Under the pieces are notes generated by a model that saw only the letters and a program-made list of their open reading frames with translations, made no database searches and was not told the origin of the DNA. Of a DNA stretch of 64,000 bases, positions 63,201 through 64,000 are shown in pieces. How positions within the stretch are numbered: position 1 is the first letter of the stretch; each line of letters begins with the position of its first letter. The DNA is taken from positions 3,720,001-3,784,000 of the forward strand of contig OZ024762.1 in assembly GCA_964016885.1 (NCBI GenBank), written 5' to 3'. The DNA comes from Eledone cirrhosa (lineage: Eukaryota). Position numbers and translations under genes: made by a program.

Positions 63201-64000
63201 GAACGCCATGCTTTGACGCATAGTTACGGCCACTCATACTAATATTGAGGTATTGTTCTCAAAATAAATGATATCAAAATCTCATAGATTCAATATTATG
63301 TGAGATAAAGTGTTTATCGTGAAAATACAATAGTATATGTATAGTAATGTAAATGCTAAAGGGTTAACAAGCAATCTTACATAAAACTATGATGGGAAGT
63401 TGTTAGAAAAATATATATGTACACTTGAAAATTGATGTGTAAGCATAGAGATGATATATATTACTTAAAATACATGGTAACTAAATATGTGTTTTCATAG
63501 CTACTCAGAGTTTCATGATGAGAGCTCATTAATCATAGCTGATTAATTTTGCATGGGCCATCAACCATCAGACTTTAAGAAGAAATATGTACAAGGGTGA
63601 ACTGAAAAGTTCTTTGGTTGACCAAATGAGGTGTATTTTTCAACGTAGACCCTGGAAAGAAACAATGCAATTATTTATAAGAAGAGTTGAAATTAATGCA
63701 TGCAAGATTCCACAGCTCTAGCATCACTCCTTGATAGGCTGACCAAGATACTCTCATGGAATGACCAAATGAGGTTTAGTTTTCAACATAGTCCCTGTTT
63801 AGTATATCTGTATGAAACAAGGATAAAACCCAAGGTATTCAATAGGCATAATTCCAAACTACAACAAGACTTTCTACACACAGTCCCCATGACAGTTCAC
63901 TTCAATTCTTATTTATAGGCTTTTTACTTAGTCTGCTTTTAGTTACGCTGGAGTATTCAGGGTTTTTACCCCGCAGCATTTACAAAGGCTGATGGTTCAT

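Overview
AT-rich, repeat-dense animal genomic DNA. The (TA)n/(CA)n/(CAT)n microsatellites and the SINE/LINE/MITE content look like an octopod (coleoid cephalopod) genome; this is an inference, not a database match. There is one 200-N assembly gap at 23435-23634. I reconstructed four spliced protein-coding genes by hand from GT-AG boundaries and frame continuity: (1) a THEG/SPMAP2-like sperm microtubule protein (+, about 3909-7629); (2) an unrecognised three-coding-exon gene for an acidic, single-TM protein of about 209 aa (-, 15734-19391); (3) a complete four-exon CAMLG/GET2 (-, 29669-40975); (4) exons 1-4 of SLC25A16 (+, from 42753), head-to-head with CAMLG. Most ORFs in the supplied track are microsatellite or transposon artefacts. 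The rest of the window is tandem repeats, tRNA-derived SINEs, RTE and CRE-like LINE fragments, Tc1/mariner, hAT, pogo-like and piggyBac-like elements, and a Helitron helicase remnant. The most striking unannotated signal is a set of minimal type-I hammerhead-ribozyme folds (stem I-CUGANGA-stem II-GAAA-short, often palindromic stem III-UH). They occur in several unrelated foldback elements inserted in (TA)n tracts and are densest in CAMLG intron 1. This fits Penelope-like retroelement or retrozyme termini, a known class, so novelty would lie in the specific families and their effect on the host gene.
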